Shown here: one piece after another, positions 11,339 through 22,230 of the stretch
Numbering within the stretch: position 1 is the first letter of the stretch
How the letters are laid out: each line of letters starts with the position of its first letter
Assembly (NCBI GenBank): GCA_965228695.1
Contig: CBDDIB010000002.1
Coordinates: 120,701 to 184,700, forward strand
Length of the DNA stretch: 64,000 nucleotides
Direction of reading: 5' to 3'
Source: Alphaproteobacteria bacterium
GTDB lineage: Bacteria; Pseudomonadota; Alphaproteobacteria; UBA8366
Notes under the pieces: generated by a model
What the model was told of the DNA's origin: nothing
Databases searched by the model: none
What the model saw: the letters and a program-made list of their open reading frames with translations, nothing else
Translations under genes and position numbers: made by a program

Positions 11339-11567
11339 CGGGGTCCTTTGGCTGCGCCTGCCGCGCCTTCTCCGCCTCCCACGCCCGCAGGTCCTCCTCG
11401 CGCCGCTGGTCGAGTTCGGGCAGCAGCGCCTGACGTTTTTCCTCGCTGAATTTGCCCCATTGGGCGATTTCCTTCAGCGTCCGATAGCAGCCGAGGCAGA
11501 ACCCGCTTTTCGGGTCGATCTGGCACACGGCTACGCAAGGCGTGGTGGGATAGGGCGATTTGGCCAT
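11325..11567 (-). CDS. DUF1289 domain protein (small Cys-rich, YdhL-like)
   Basis: MAKSPYPTTPCVAVCQIDPKSGFCLGCYRTLKEIAQWGKF matches the C-x3-C...C-x2-C DUF1289 pattern. Start trimmed to the ATG at 11567, just after the AraC stop. The 3' end overlaps the MFS start by 14 nt. Confidence 0.65.
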   Translation of the reverse strand: MAKSPYPTTPCVAVCQIDPKSGFCLGCYRTLKEIAQWGKFSEEKRQALLPELDQRREEDLRAWEAEKARQAQPKDPDGTD

Positions 11568-11571
11568 CAGG

Positions 11572-12390
11572 TCAGGCGGCCTGTTCGAAATAGCGCGTCG
11601 GCGTGGTGCCGAGATTGCGCCGGAACATGGCGATAAAGGCGCTCGGGCTGTCATAGCCGAGATCAAGCGCCACCGTCGTCACCGGCTGGCCCGCCGCCAG
11701 GAGTTCCAATCCCCGCAGCAGTCGAAGCTGCTGCCGCCACGCGCCGAAGGACATGCCGGTTTCCCGCAGGAAGAGCCGCGCCAGCGTGCGCGCGCTTGCC
11801 CCCACTTCCGCTGCCCATTCCGTCAGGTTGCGCCCGTCCGACGGGTCGGCCCGCAACGCCCGCGTCACGCGTTTCACGCGGGCGTCGTCGGGCATCGGCA
11901 GCGCCAAGGGCGCAACCGGGAGCACGCGAATCTGATCGAGGATGACGGACATCAAACGTTCTTCGGGACTGTCGGGCCGGTAGGTCCGGGGGAGGTCCAC
12001 CGCAGCGAGGATCAGCTCGCGCAGCAGGCGGGTAACATGCAGTACGCGAACCTGGGTCGGCAACCCCTGGGAGTCCGAAGATCCGGCGGCATCGCCTTCC
12101 TCCACATAGACCGTGCGCATCGCGACCGACCCGCGCGCATCGATCCGATGCTCGACCCCGGCCGGCAACCAGACCGCCCGTTGCGGCGGCACGACGAAGG
12201 CGCCGTCTTCGGTCGTCACGGTCATCACGCCCTCGCTGGCATAAACGAGCTGCGCCCGCCGATGATGGTGCGGCGGGATAATCTCCCCGTCGTTCAGGTC
12301 GCGGCGAAAGGCGACGACACGCTGCGGCAGCGCCTCGATGATCTTGAGGTCCGGGTGCAGCGGGACCGTGCGTTGTCGTTTTTGCAACAT
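11572..12390 (-). CDS. AraC family transcriptional regulator (cupin N-domain + HTH)
   Basis: 272 aa. The N-terminal cupin-like part has PPHHHRRAQLVYASEGV. The C-terminal AraC HTH has GASARTLARLF...GYDSPSAFIAMFRRNLGTTPTRYF. Confidence 0.8.
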   Translation of the reverse strand: MLQKRQRTVPLHPDLKIIEALPQRVVAFRRDLNDGEIIPPHHHRRAQLVYASEGVMTVTTEDGAFVVPPQRAVWLPAGVEHRIDARGSVAMRTVYVEEGDAAGSSDSQGLPTQVRVLHVTRLLRELILAAVDLPRTYRPDSPEERLMSVILDQIRVLPVAPLALPMPDDARVKRVTRALRADPSDGRNLTEWAAEVGASARTLARLFLRETGMSFGAWRQQLRLLRGLELLAAGQPVTTVALDLGYDSPSAFIAMFRRNLGTTPTRYFEQAA

Positions 12391-12452
12391 TACTTGGCAA
12401 TATATCGCGAGATTGACGCGGTCGACAGGGGCAGAATAGGGAAAAGCTCAAA

Positions 12453-13688
12453 ATGCCGGGATTGGAATACGCCATGGACCGTGATCGCCTGAACTTTCTG
12501 TTCCTGAACATCGGACATTTTTTGGATCACCTGTTCATATTGATCTTTGCGACGGTCGCAGCGCTGCGCCTCGCGACTGAATGGAACATGACCTATGCGG
12601 AGCTCATTCCGTATGCCACGCCCGGCTTCGTCGCCTTCGGAGCCTGCGCCATCCCGGCCGGCTGGCTCGCAGACAAATGGAGCCGCGAAGGCATGATGAC
12701 GATCTTCTTCATCGGCATCGGGGTCTGCTCGATGCTGACCGCGCTTGCGGAAACCCCACTGCAGATTGCCGGCAGTCTTCTCGGTATCGGCGTGTTCGGC
12801 GCGATCTATCACCCGGTTGGGCTCGCCATGGTCGTGCACGGCCGCGAGAAGACCGGCGTCCCGCTCGCCATCAATGGCATTTTCGGCAACTTGGGTGTCG
12901 CATCGGCCGCCTTACTCACCGGCTATCTGATCGATGTGATGGATTGGCGCGCAGCCTTCGTCCTGCCGGGCATACTTTCCGTCGCGATCGGCATCGCCTA
13001 TGGAATATTCGTCCATTCCGGCCGCCATGTCCGCGCTGCCGACCACGCCAGTGGCGCAGCCGCAAAGAAGGCGGCCGTCGGCACCATGTCCATTGACCGG
13101 TCCACCCTGATGCGCGTTTTCGCCATCATTTTCTTCTCGACCGCGATCGGCGGGTTGATCTTCCAGAGCACCACCTTCGCGCTGCCGAAAGTGTTCGACG
13201 AGCGGCTCACCGACCTTGCCAGCACGGCAACGGCGGTCGGGTCCTACGCCTTTATCGTCTTCGCCGCCGCCGCCTTCGCCCAACTGGTCGTGGGCTTCAT
13301 GGTGGACCGCTATTCGGTCCGCATGGTCTTCGCCGTGGTGGCTGGCCTGCAAGCGGTGTTCTTTGCGGTCATGGTGCAGCTTTCGGGCGTCGCAGCACTC
13401 TTGGTATCGCTCGGTTTCATGCTGGTCGTGTTCGGGCAGATCCCGATCAACGACGTGCTGGTTGGCCGCATCACGCGCAGCGAATGGCGCAGCCGCGTCT
13501 TTGCATTGCGCTATATCGTGACTTTCTCGGTCGCGGCGACCGCAGTTCCGATGATCGCAGGCATCCATTCGACGTGGGGCTTCAGCATGCTGTTCATCGT
13601 GATGGCCGTCGCCGCGACGTTGATCTTCTTGGCGGTGTTGATGCTGCCGAGCACGGCCGCCGTCACCGGCACCGCGCCCGCCGAATAG
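12453..13688 (+). CDS. MFS transporter
   Basis: 411 aa multi-pass hydrophobic protein with the loop motif LADKWSREG. Divergent from the AraC gene. The start could instead be the ATG at 12474. Confidence 0.8.
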   Translation: MPGLEYAMDRDRLNFLFLNIGHFLDHLFILIFATVAALRLATEWNMTYAELIPYATPGFVAFGACAIPAGWLADKWSREGMMTIFFIGIGVCSMLTALAETPLQIAGSLLGIGVFGAIYHPVGLAMVVHGREKTGVPLAINGIFGNLGVASAALLTGYLIDVMDWRAAFVLPGILSVAIGIAYGIFVHSGRHVRAADHASGAAAKKAAVGTMSIDRSTLMRVFAIIFFSTAIGGLIFQSTTFALPKVFDERLTDLASTATAVGSYAFIVFAAAAFAQLVVGFMVDRYSVRMVFAVVAGLQAVFFAVMVQLSGVAALLVSLGFMLVVFGQIPINDVLVGRITRSEWRSRVFALRYIVTFSVAATAVPMIAGIHSTWGFSMLFIVMAVAATLIFLAVLMLPSTAAVTGTAPAE

Positions 13689-13703
13689 ATACGGCGGGGC
13701 GAA

Positions 13704-14510
13704 TCACGCTGGACCGGTCAACCGGTCCAGGCGCAGTCGGTGGCGGGAATCGGTCAGCCGCATGACCCCGCCCAGCACCGCGGCCAGCACGCCGAGGCCG
13801 GTGCCGCCGGCGATCAGGAAGCTGATCATCAGTTGATATTTGACCGCATCGACCGGGTCGATGCCGGCTAAAATTTGTCCGGTCATCATCCCCGGCAGCG
13901 ACACGATTCCCGCCGCCGCCATCGAGTTGACGATCGGGATGAAGGCATTGCGCAGCGTGCTTCGGGTGATCGTACGGAACGCCTCGGAGCGGGAATGCCC
14001 AAGCGCGAGCCGCGTCTCGATCGCCACGCGCTCGCGGGCGGCGCTGCGGGTCAGCGTGTCGAGCCCCAAACTGACGCCGGTCATCGCGTTGCCAAGGATC
14101 ATGCCGAGCATCGGAATCGCGTAGCGCGGGTCGAACCAGGGGTCGGGCCGGACCTGCGTGGTCAATGCGAAGATGGTCACGAGGAAGGAGGCCATCAGCA
14201 TGCTGGTGGTGCCGAGCCCGTAGCCCCACCATCCGCTGAACCGGCGTTCCTGCCGCGCCAACGCCTCGCGTCCGGCGAACAGCAGCATCAGGATGGCCGC
14301 CACCAAGGTCCAGACCGGCGACGCCGATTCGAACAGCCAGCGCAGGATGAACCCGATCAGCGTCAACTGAACCGCCATGCGCAACCCGGCGAACAGCAAG
14401 CGGTATTCGAGACCGAGCCGAAAGGCGAGCGAAAGCGCCGCGTTGCTCAAGACCAGCGTCGCCGCCAGCGCCACCTCGCCATAGCCGAGCGCGATAAAGT
14501 CCGCCGCCAT
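13704..14510 (-). CDS. fetB: ABC-type iron export permease, FetB/YbbM (UPF0014) family
   Basis: 268 aa. The conserved block IVSLPGMMTGQILAGIDPVDAVKYQLMISF matches E. coli FetB as I recall it. The ATG overlaps the stop of the upstream ATPase gene (ATGA). Confidence 0.7.
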   Translation of the reverse strand: MAADFIALGYGEVALAATLVLSNAALSLAFRLGLEYRLLFAGLRMAVQLTLIGFILRWLFESASPVWTLVAAILMLLFAGREALARQERRFSGWWGYGLGTTSMLMASFLVTIFALTTQVRPDPWFDPRYAIPMLGMILGNAMTGVSLGLDTLTRSAARERVAIETRLALGHSRSEAFRTITRSTLRNAFIPIVNSMAAAGIVSLPGMMTGQILAGIDPVDAVKYQLMISFLIAGGTGLGVLAAVLGGVMRLTDSRHRLRLDRLTGPA

Positions 14511-15100
14511 CAGACCCCCGTCACGCGGCCATTGTCGATTCGGAGCCGCGCCTGCGCCAGCCGGTCGGCCTGGGCCGCGTCATGCGTGACCATGAGAATT
14601 CCGACGCCACCCGCCAACTGCGCCCGCAGTTCGGTTTCCACCGCCACGGTCGCGTCCGGGTCCAAGCCCGAGGTCGGCTCATCGAGGAGCAAGACGTGTG
14701 GCGATTGGACCAGCGCGCGGGCCAGGGCGAGGCGTTGTCGCTCGCCGGTCGACAGCCGGGTGATCGGCCAGTCACCGCAACCCGTGGGCAGCAGGAAACG
14801 CTCGATCAGCGGCAGGGCCTCCCGCCACGCGCGGAAATGCGGTGCGACCGTCTCGTCCCACCAACCGGCTTCCGCCGGTACATAGGTGACCTTGGCGCGC
14901 CAGTCGGGCGCCGGCATCGAATTGCGGGAGACGCCGTCCAGCAGCACCTCGCCATCCGCCGGGTCCAGGTCGGCGATGGCGCGCAACAGGAGTGTCTTAC
15001 CGGCGCCGGACGGGCCGGTCACCGCGATACACTGTCCGGAGGCGAGATCCACATCGGCCGGGCCCAGCGCCAGACGCGCCAGGCCACGGACCGTCAACAC
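14510..15100 (-). CDS. fetA: ABC transporter ATP-binding protein, FetA/YbbL family
   Basis: 196 aa with Walker A GPSGAGKT, signature LSTGERQR and Walker B LLLDEPTSGLD. Confidence 0.75.
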   Translation of the reverse strand: MLTVRGLARLALGPADVDLASGQCIAVTGPSGAGKTLLLRAIADLDPADGEVLLDGVSRNSMPAPDWRAKVTYVPAEAGWWDETVAPHFRAWREALPLIERFLLPTGCGDWPITRLSTGERQRLALARALVQSPHVLLLDEPTSGLDPDATVAVETELRAQLAGGVGILMVTHDAAQADRLAQARLRIDNGRVTGV

Positions 15101-15116
15101 GGAGGCTGTCGGGTCG

Positions 15117-15623
15117 TCACGCCGCCTCCGGCACTTCGCGCACGAAATAAATCATGTCGAGTGGCGGCGGTGCGACCGGGGTCTGGCTCAGCATGTCGTG
15201 CACCTGGCCCCGATGATGCGTCTGATGATTGAAGTAATGCTGCAGGATGACGCCGTGCCGCGTTTCCTGCGGCTGGCCGGATGCATTGGCGTATGTCTTC
15301 ATCTCGTCCAACGTCGCTTCGGTTTGTGCGTCGATATAATCGATGATCACCTGATCCTGCGCCTCGCGCGCGCCACGCAGATCATTGAACGCCGTATACA
15401 GTTCGGTGTCCAGCGGATCGGCGATCAGGTCGCCCACCCCGATGCGCGACAGCCAGATGCGGTCGACCAGCAACAGATGGTTCAGGGTGTGGTGGATCGA
15501 ACCGAAGAAGGCCTGCCGCGGCGCGCGATACTCGGTCTCGTCCAATTGCGCGCAGGCATCGTACAGGCGCTTGTTGGTCCACTGGTTGTAGCGCGCGGCG
15601 CGCTGAAAATACGGCAGCAGCAT
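15117..15623 (-). CDS. DinB family protein (four-helix-bundle metalloenzyme-like)
   Basis: 168 aa. YNQWTNKRLYDA...HTLNHLLLVDRIW...FNHQTHHRGQVH is the typical DinB/YfiT His-triad pattern. Confidence 0.75.
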   Translation of the reverse strand: MLLPYFQRAARYNQWTNKRLYDACAQLDETEYRAPRQAFFGSIHHTLNHLLLVDRIWLSRIGVGDLIADPLDTELYTAFNDLRGAREAQDQVIIDYIDAQTEATLDEMKTYANASGQPQETRHGVILQHYFNHQTHHRGQVHDMLSQTPVAPPPLDMIYFVREVPEAA

Positions 15624-15791
15624 ATCCCGTCCTCCTCTGATACGGAGGGAATGCTACCGCGTGGCGGGCACGGATTAAATTGACGATGCCTCAGCATTCG
15701 TTGAATTATTTTCACATAATTCGTTCAACGCCCGCCGAACAAACGGTTCTTTTGCTTCATTCGTTGAAATTTGTTGGATAAACAGGGATCG

Positions 15792-16685
15792 ATGACCGAC
15801 ACGCCGCCGCTGACCGCACTCCGCGCTTTCGAAACCGCCGCCCGGACGGGCAGCGTGCGCCGCGCCGCCGACGCCCTGCATGTCACGCCGTCGGCGATCA
15901 GCCATCAGATTCGCGCGCTGGAGGAGTCCCTCGGCGTGGCGCTGTTCCGCCGGGCGAACCGCCGGCTGATCCTGACCGAAGCGGGACAGGTATTGTTGCC
16001 GGGCCTGACCGAGGGCTTCGAGCGGCTCGGCGACGCGGTCGCCGCCTTGTCGGCCTTCCGGCGGCGCGGCGTCCTGACCGTCAGCATGCTGTCCACCTTC
16101 GCGGTCCGCTGGTTCATCCCGCGGCTCTCCCGGTTCCAGAAACTGCACACGGATATCGAAGTGCGCGTCTCGACGACCATGCGCACGGTCGATTTCGCCC
16201 GCGAGGGAATCGATGCGGCGATCCGCCACGGTCATGGCGATTGGCCGGACCTGCGCAGCGACCGGCTGATCGACGACGATATCGTGCCGGTCTGCGCGCC
16301 GGACCTTGCGGCGGGTGATCCGCCGCTCGACACGCCCAACGACCTGGAACGGCACACACTGCTGACGTCGGACGCCCGCACCGAAGATTGGGAGATCTGG
16401 CTCGCCGGTATCGGTCTCGCCGACCTGCAGCCGGCCCGGCGGATCGCCTTCGACGCCACGCATTTCGCGCTGGACGCGGCACTCGGCGGCGCGGGAGTCG
16501 CCATCGCCGCGCGCGAGCTGGTGGCGGACGACCTGCGGCGGGGCCGGCTGATCACGCCCTTCGAACAGGGGCACCGCCACACGGCGGGCTACTATCTCGT
16601 TTGCCCCACCGATCGCGCGGACGACCCGACGATGGCGACGCTGCGGCGCTGGTTGCTCGACGAAACCGACCGGCCCGCGACCTGA
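15792..16685 (+). CDS. LysR family transcriptional regulator (GcvA-like)
   Basis: The N-terminal HTH is LTALRAFETAARTGSVRRAADALHVTPSAISHQIRALEE, followed by a LysR substrate-binding domain. Start set at the ATG at 15792 (the track uses a TTG at 15771). Confidence 0.85.
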   Translation: MTDTPPLTALRAFETAARTGSVRRAADALHVTPSAISHQIRALEESLGVALFRRANRRLILTEAGQVLLPGLTEGFERLGDAVAALSAFRRRGVLTVSMLSTFAVRWFIPRLSRFQKLHTDIEVRVSTTMRTVDFAREGIDAAIRHGHGDWPDLRSDRLIDDDIVPVCAPDLAAGDPPLDTPNDLERHTLLTSDARTEDWEIWLAGIGLADLQPARRIAFDATHFALDAALGGAGVAIAARELVADDLRRGRLITPFEQGHRHTAGYYLVCPTDRADDPTMATLRRWLLDETDRPAT

Positions 16686-16772
16686 CGGTCACACCCGCGC
16701 GAAACATTGCGGACAGCGCGGGAAAAATCTTGCATCCCCTGCTTGAAATGCGTACCACAGCGGTCCAGTTTA

Positions 16773-16797
16773 ATACCGAACCATTTTAGTCCGATAT
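16773..16797 (+). promoter_or_regulatory. candidate Rrf2/IscR-type operator upstream of the suf operon
   Basis: ATACCGAACCATTTTAGTCCGATAT is a 25-nt imperfect palindrome, flanked by TTTAATA/TATTAAA arms at 16769-16775 and 16795-16801. It lies about 50 nt upstream of the Rrf2 start. It matches 20 of 25 positions of the E. coli IscR type-1 consensus ATASYYGACTRWWWYAGTCRRSTAT as I recall it. Confidence 0.45.
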
Positions 16798-16848
16798 TAA
16801 AGCGGCCTGCCAACCGCGGCAGGGCGCAAATCCGGGGAGTTCCTTCCG

Positions 16849-17310
16849 TTGATTAGATTGAGCCGGATGACCGATTACGGGGTGGTCGTCATGTCGCAGC
16901 TGCACCAGCAGGCAGACATGATGACGGCGCCGGAGCTTACGCAAGCGACCGGCCTGCCGGCGCCGACCGTCAGCAAGCTCCTGAAGCAGCTCGCCAGGGC
17001 CGGCCTGCTCGACTCGCATCGCGGGGTGAACGGCGGCTATACGCTGACCCGGGCGCTGGAAGACGTGACGGCGATGGAGATCATCGAAGCCCTCGACGGG
17101 CCGGTCGCCCTGACCGCCTGTGTGGAAGGCGCAGAGGACGCCTGCAACGTTGAATCGCTCTGCCCGATGAAGGGCGGATGGGACAAGGTGAATGCCGCCG
17201 TCCGCAAAGCGTTGCGCGAGGTCACGCTAGCCGATCTGTGTCCGACCCAGCATTACCCGGCACTTGAGACACCGTTACAAAAGAAGACCGCAACGCGGGG
17301 GAGAGTCTAA
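16849..17310 (+). CDS. Rrf2 family transcriptional regulator (SUF system Fe-S regulator, IscR-like)
   Basis: 153 aa with an Rrf2 wHTH N-terminus (MIRLSRMTDYGVVVM...) and a Cys cluster CVEGAEDACNVESLC suitable for Fe-S ligation. TTG start preceded by GGGGAG. The stop abuts the sufB ATG. Confidence 0.85.
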   Translation: MIRLSRMTDYGVVVMSQLHQQADMMTAPELTQATGLPAPTVSKLLKQLARAGLLDSHRGVNGGYTLTRALEDVTAMEIIEALDGPVALTACVEGAEDACNVESLCPMKGGWDKVNAAVRKALREVTLADLCPTQHYPALETPLQKKTATRGRV

Positions 17311-18765
<1,455 letters not shown>

Positions 18766-18846
18766 CCGAGATGAACAGGTTCAACCCTCGAAACGAAAAC
18801 CGCGGGCACATCGGGTCCGGCAGTATGAAAGCACAGGAAATCTAAG

Positions 18847-19599
18847 ATGCTCGAAATCCGCAACCTCCACGCCACGGTCGACGGCAAGGAAATCATCAAG
18901 GGGCTCGATCTGACGATCGGCGCCGGCGAGGTGCACGCCATCATGGGGCCGAACGGCACCGGCAAGAGCACCCTGTCCTATGTCCTGACCGGGCGCGAGG
19001 GCTACGAGGTCACCGAGGGCGAAATCCTCTATCAGGGCGAAAATCTGCTCGATTTGGAAATCGACGAGCGCGCCTGCCGCGGCATCTTCCTGGCCTTCCA
19101 GTACCCGGTGGAAATCCCCGGCGTCGCCGGCACGACATTCCTGAAGACGGCGCTCAACGCGGTGCGCAAATTCCGCGGCGAAGACGACCTGGACGCCATG
19201 CAGTTCCTGAAGCACGTGCGCGAGAAGGCCAAGGCGCTCAAAATCAGCGATGATATGCTGCGCCGCCCGCTCAATGTCGGATTTTCCGGCGGCGAGAAGA
19301 AGCGCAACGAGGCGCTGCAGATGGCCGTGCTCGAACCCACGCTCGCCATCCTCGACGAAACCGATTCCGGCCTCGACATCGACGCCTTGAAGGTGGTCGC
19401 CGACAGCGTCAATGCGATGCGCGATCCGGCACGCAGCATGTTGATCATCACGCATTACCAGCGGCTGCTGAACTATATCGAGCCCGACCACGTGCATGTG
19501 CTGGTCAACGGACGGATCGCCAAGTCCGGCGGCAAGGAACTGGCCGAGCGGCTGGAGGCGAACGGCTATGCCGAATTCCTCGACGCCGAGGCGGCCTGA
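18847..19599 (+). CDS. sufC: Fe-S cluster assembly ATPase SufC
   Basis: 250 aa with Walker A GPNGTGKS, signature FSGGEKKR and Walker B ILDETDSGLD. Confidence 0.95.
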   Translation: MLEIRNLHATVDGKEIIKGLDLTIGAGEVHAIMGPNGTGKSTLSYVLTGREGYEVTEGEILYQGENLLDLEIDERACRGIFLAFQYPVEIPGVAGTTFLKTALNAVRKFRGEDDLDAMQFLKHVREKAKALKISDDMLRRPLNVGFSGGEKKRNEALQMAVLEPTLAILDETDSGLDIDALKVVADSVNAMRDPARSMLIITHYQRLLNYIEPDHVHVLVNGRIAKSGGKELAERLEANGYAEFLDAEAA

Positions 19600-19618
19600 G
19601 GACGGCGGAGCGCTACCG

Positions 19619-20968
19619 ATGGCAGCACGTAAAGAGACACCCCTCGCCTTCGCCGACGCCTTTGCGGCGCTGGAATCCAATCTGCCGGGCAAGTCCGTGC
19701 CCTGGCTGAGCCGGCTGCGGGCGGAAAGCTGGGACCGCTATGCGGCGCTCGGCCTGCCGACCGTCCGGGACGAATCGTGGAAGTTCACCAACCTGAACGC
19801 CTTGCGGCGCGCCGGGGTCGTGCCGGTTCCGGACGGCGTTCCGGCGCTCGACACCGTGCCCCTGGGTGCTGCGCTGTCGATCGACGCACATCTGGCGGTA
19901 CTCGTGAACGGCGTGTTCCGCGCCGATCTCTCCACCCTGCCCGGCGAAGAGACGGGGCTATCGGTGACGAGTTTCGCGGCGGCCGTCGAACAAGACCCGG
20001 GCGCGCTGGAAGGATCGCTCGGCAAACTCGCCGACGGCGACGCCTTGCCGATGGCCGCACTGAACACGGCGCTGGCCGCCGACGGGTTGGTGATTCGTCT
20101 GAAAAAGAGCGCGGAGATCGAGAAGCCGCTGCATATCCTGTCGATCGGCATCGCCGGCGAGACGCCCGTGATGTTCCAGCCGCGCGTTCTGGTGATCGCG
20201 GAAGAAAACAGCAGCGCCTGCATCCTGGAAAGCCATGTGGGCGCCGGCGACGGCGTCTATTTCAGCAACACGGTGGCCGAACTGGACATCGCGCCGCGCG
20301 CGCGGGTGCGGCACTACAAGCTGCAAAACGAGCATCCCGCGGCTTTCCATATCGCCGCCGCCGCGGTATCGCTGGCCGACGGTGCCGCGTATGAGAGTTT
20401 CGTGCTGCAGGTCGGGGGCCGCATCGCCCGCAACGAGATCCAGATTCACATCGGCGGCGAGCGCGCCGAATGCACCATGAACGGCGCCTATCTGTTGCGC
20501 GGCAAGCAACACGCGGACAGCACGACCTTCGTCGATCACGCGGTGCCGAACAGTAATTCGCGCGAATTCTACAAGGGCGTCATCGACGACGCGGCGCGCG
20601 GCGTCTTTCAGGGCAAGATCCTGGTGCGCAAGGATGCGCAGAAAACCGACGGCCAGCAACTGAACAAGGCGCTGCTGCTGTCGCGCAGCGCGGAGATCGA
20701 CAGCAAGCCGGAACTCGAAATCTACGCCGACGATGTCATCTGCAGCCACGGGGCGACCGCCGGCGAGCTGGATACCGAAGCGTTGTTCTACCTGCGCAGC
20801 CGCGGCATCGACGAAGCGTCCGCGCGCGGCCTGCTGATCGAAGCCTTCGTCGGCGAGGCGGTCGAGCAGATCGACCATACGGCATCGAAGGAAGCCTTCC
20901 AAAAGGTCGTGGACGGCTGGCTGCACGAGGGCGCGTTGACACGCGCAAAGGACGGGGAAAGCGCATGA
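19619..20968 (+). CDS. sufD: Fe-S cluster assembly protein SufD
   Basis: Follows sufC. The C-terminal SufBD-fold region has SKPELEIYADDVICSHGATAGELD. Start trimmed to MAARKETPLAF (ATG at 19619), because the track start lies inside sufC. Confidence 0.9.
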   Translation: MAARKETPLAFADAFAALESNLPGKSVPWLSRLRAESWDRYAALGLPTVRDESWKFTNLNALRRAGVVPVPDGVPALDTVPLGAALSIDAHLAVLVNGVFRADLSTLPGEETGLSVTSFAAAVEQDPGALEGSLGKLADGDALPMAALNTALAADGLVIRLKKSAEIEKPLHILSIGIAGETPVMFQPRVLVIAEENSSACILESHVGAGDGVYFSNTVAELDIAPRARVRHYKLQNEHPAAFHIAAAAVSLADGAAYESFVLQVGGRIARNEIQIHIGGERAECTMNGAYLLRGKQHADSTTFVDHAVPNSNSREFYKGVIDDAARGVFQGKILVRKDAQKTDGQQLNKALLLSRSAEIDSKPELEIYADDVICSHGATAGELDTEALFYLRSRGIDEASARGLLIEAFVGEAVEQIDHTASKEAFQKVVDGWLHEGALTRAKDGESA

Positions 20969-22230
20969 GCACGACCGCTGCGGCGAAAACGGACGGAACC
21001 GGCCTGACGCCGGAATTGGATATCAAGAAGATCCGGGCGGACTTCCCGGCGATGTCCGTGGAGGTCCACGGCAAGCCACTGGTATTTCTCGACAGCGGCG
21101 CGTCGGCACAGAAACCGCGCCAAGTCATCGACACCATGCGCCGCGTCTATGAAAGCGAATACGCGAATGTCCATCGCGGCGCCTATTACCTCAGCGAACG
21201 GGCGACCGCGCTGTATGAAGGCGCCCGCGATACATTGCGCGACTTCCTGAATGCGCGAGACCGCAAGGAAATCATCTTTACCCGCAACGCGACCGAGGCG
21301 ATCAACCTGATCGCCTATGCGTGGGGCCGCAAGACGCTGAAGCCCGGCGACGAGATCGTCATTTCCGAGATGGAGCATCACTCCAACATCGTGCCGTGGC
21401 AGATGCTGCGGGACGAAAAGGATTTGGTCCTCAAAATCGCCCCGGTCAGCGACGACGGCGAGTTCCTGATGGACGCCTTCCGGGAATTGTTGACCGACCG
21501 CACCAAACTGGTCGCGATCACGCATACCTCCAACGTGCTGGGCACGATCACCCCCGCCAAGGAGATCGCCCGGCTGGCTCATGACGCGGGCGCCAAGGTG
21601 CTGTTCGACGGCGCGCAGGCGGCGGTCCACATGCCGGTCGACGTGCAGGATATCGACTGCGATTTCTATGCGATCACCGGCCACAAACTGTATGGCCCCT
21701 CGGGCATCGGCGTGCTCTACGGCAAGCAGGAACTGCTCGACGCCATGCCGCCGTTCATGGGCGGCGGCGACATGATCAGTTCGGTGTCCTTCGAGAAATC
21801 GACCTGGGCGCCGCTTCCGGCAAAGTTCGAGGCGGGCACGCCCGCGATCGTCCAGGCGATCGGTTTGGCCGCCGCGGTGGACTACGTCACCGAAATCGGA
21901 CTTGAGGCCATCGCCGCGCACGAGCATGACCTGCTGAATTACACGACGCAGAAACTGGCCTCGATCGACGATCTGCGGCTGATCGGCACCGCGCCGAACA
22001 AGGCGGCGGTGGTGTCCTTCGAGCTGGGCAAGATCCACGCGCATGACGTCAGCACGATCATCGACCGCGCCGGGGTCGCCATCCGGGCCGGGCATCACTG
22101 CGCCGAACCGTTGATGGACCGGATGGGCGTCCCCGCCACGGCGCGCGCGTCCTTCGGCCTTTACAATACGCGGGAAGACGCCGACATCTTGGTCGAGGCG
22201 CTCGAAACCGTGCAGGAGATATTCGGCTGA
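20965..22230 (+). CDS. sufS: cysteine desulfurase SufS (PLP-dependent)
   Basis: 421 aa. The PLP-lysine region is ITGHKLYGPSGIG and the active-site loop is RAGHHCAEP. The start overlaps the sufD stop (ATGA). Confidence 0.95.
   Translation: MSTTAAAKTDGTGLTPELDIKKIRADFPAMSVEVHGKPLVFLDSGASAQKPRQVIDTMRRVYESEYANVHRGAYYLSERATALYEGARDTLRDFLNARDRKEIIFTRNATEAINLIAYAWGRKTLKPGDEIVISEMEHHSNIVPWQMLRDEKDLVLKIAPVSDDGEFLMDAFRELLTDRTKLVAITHTSNVLGTITPAKEIARLAHDAGAKVLFDGAQAAVHMPVDVQDIDCDFYAITGHKLYGPSGIGVLYGKQELLDAMPPFMGGGDMISSVSFEKSTWAPLPAKFEAGTPAIVQAIGLAAAVDYVTEIGLEAIAAHEHDLLNYTTQKLASIDDLRLIGTAPNKAAVVSFELGKIHAHDVSTIIDRAGVAIRAGHHCAEPLMDRMGVPATARASFGLYNTREDADILVEALETVQEIFG

Noticed and set aside
15737-15749. GAAC-N5-GTTC palindrome near the DinB-family gene, considered as a LexA/SOS box. 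The recQ upstream region (62742-62967) was also scanned.
   Set aside because: It does not fit the alphaproteobacterial LexA direct repeat GTTC-N7-GTTC or the GAAC-N4-GTTC Cheo box. DinB-family (YfiT-like) proteins are not DinB polymerases. I saw no box upstream of recQ.
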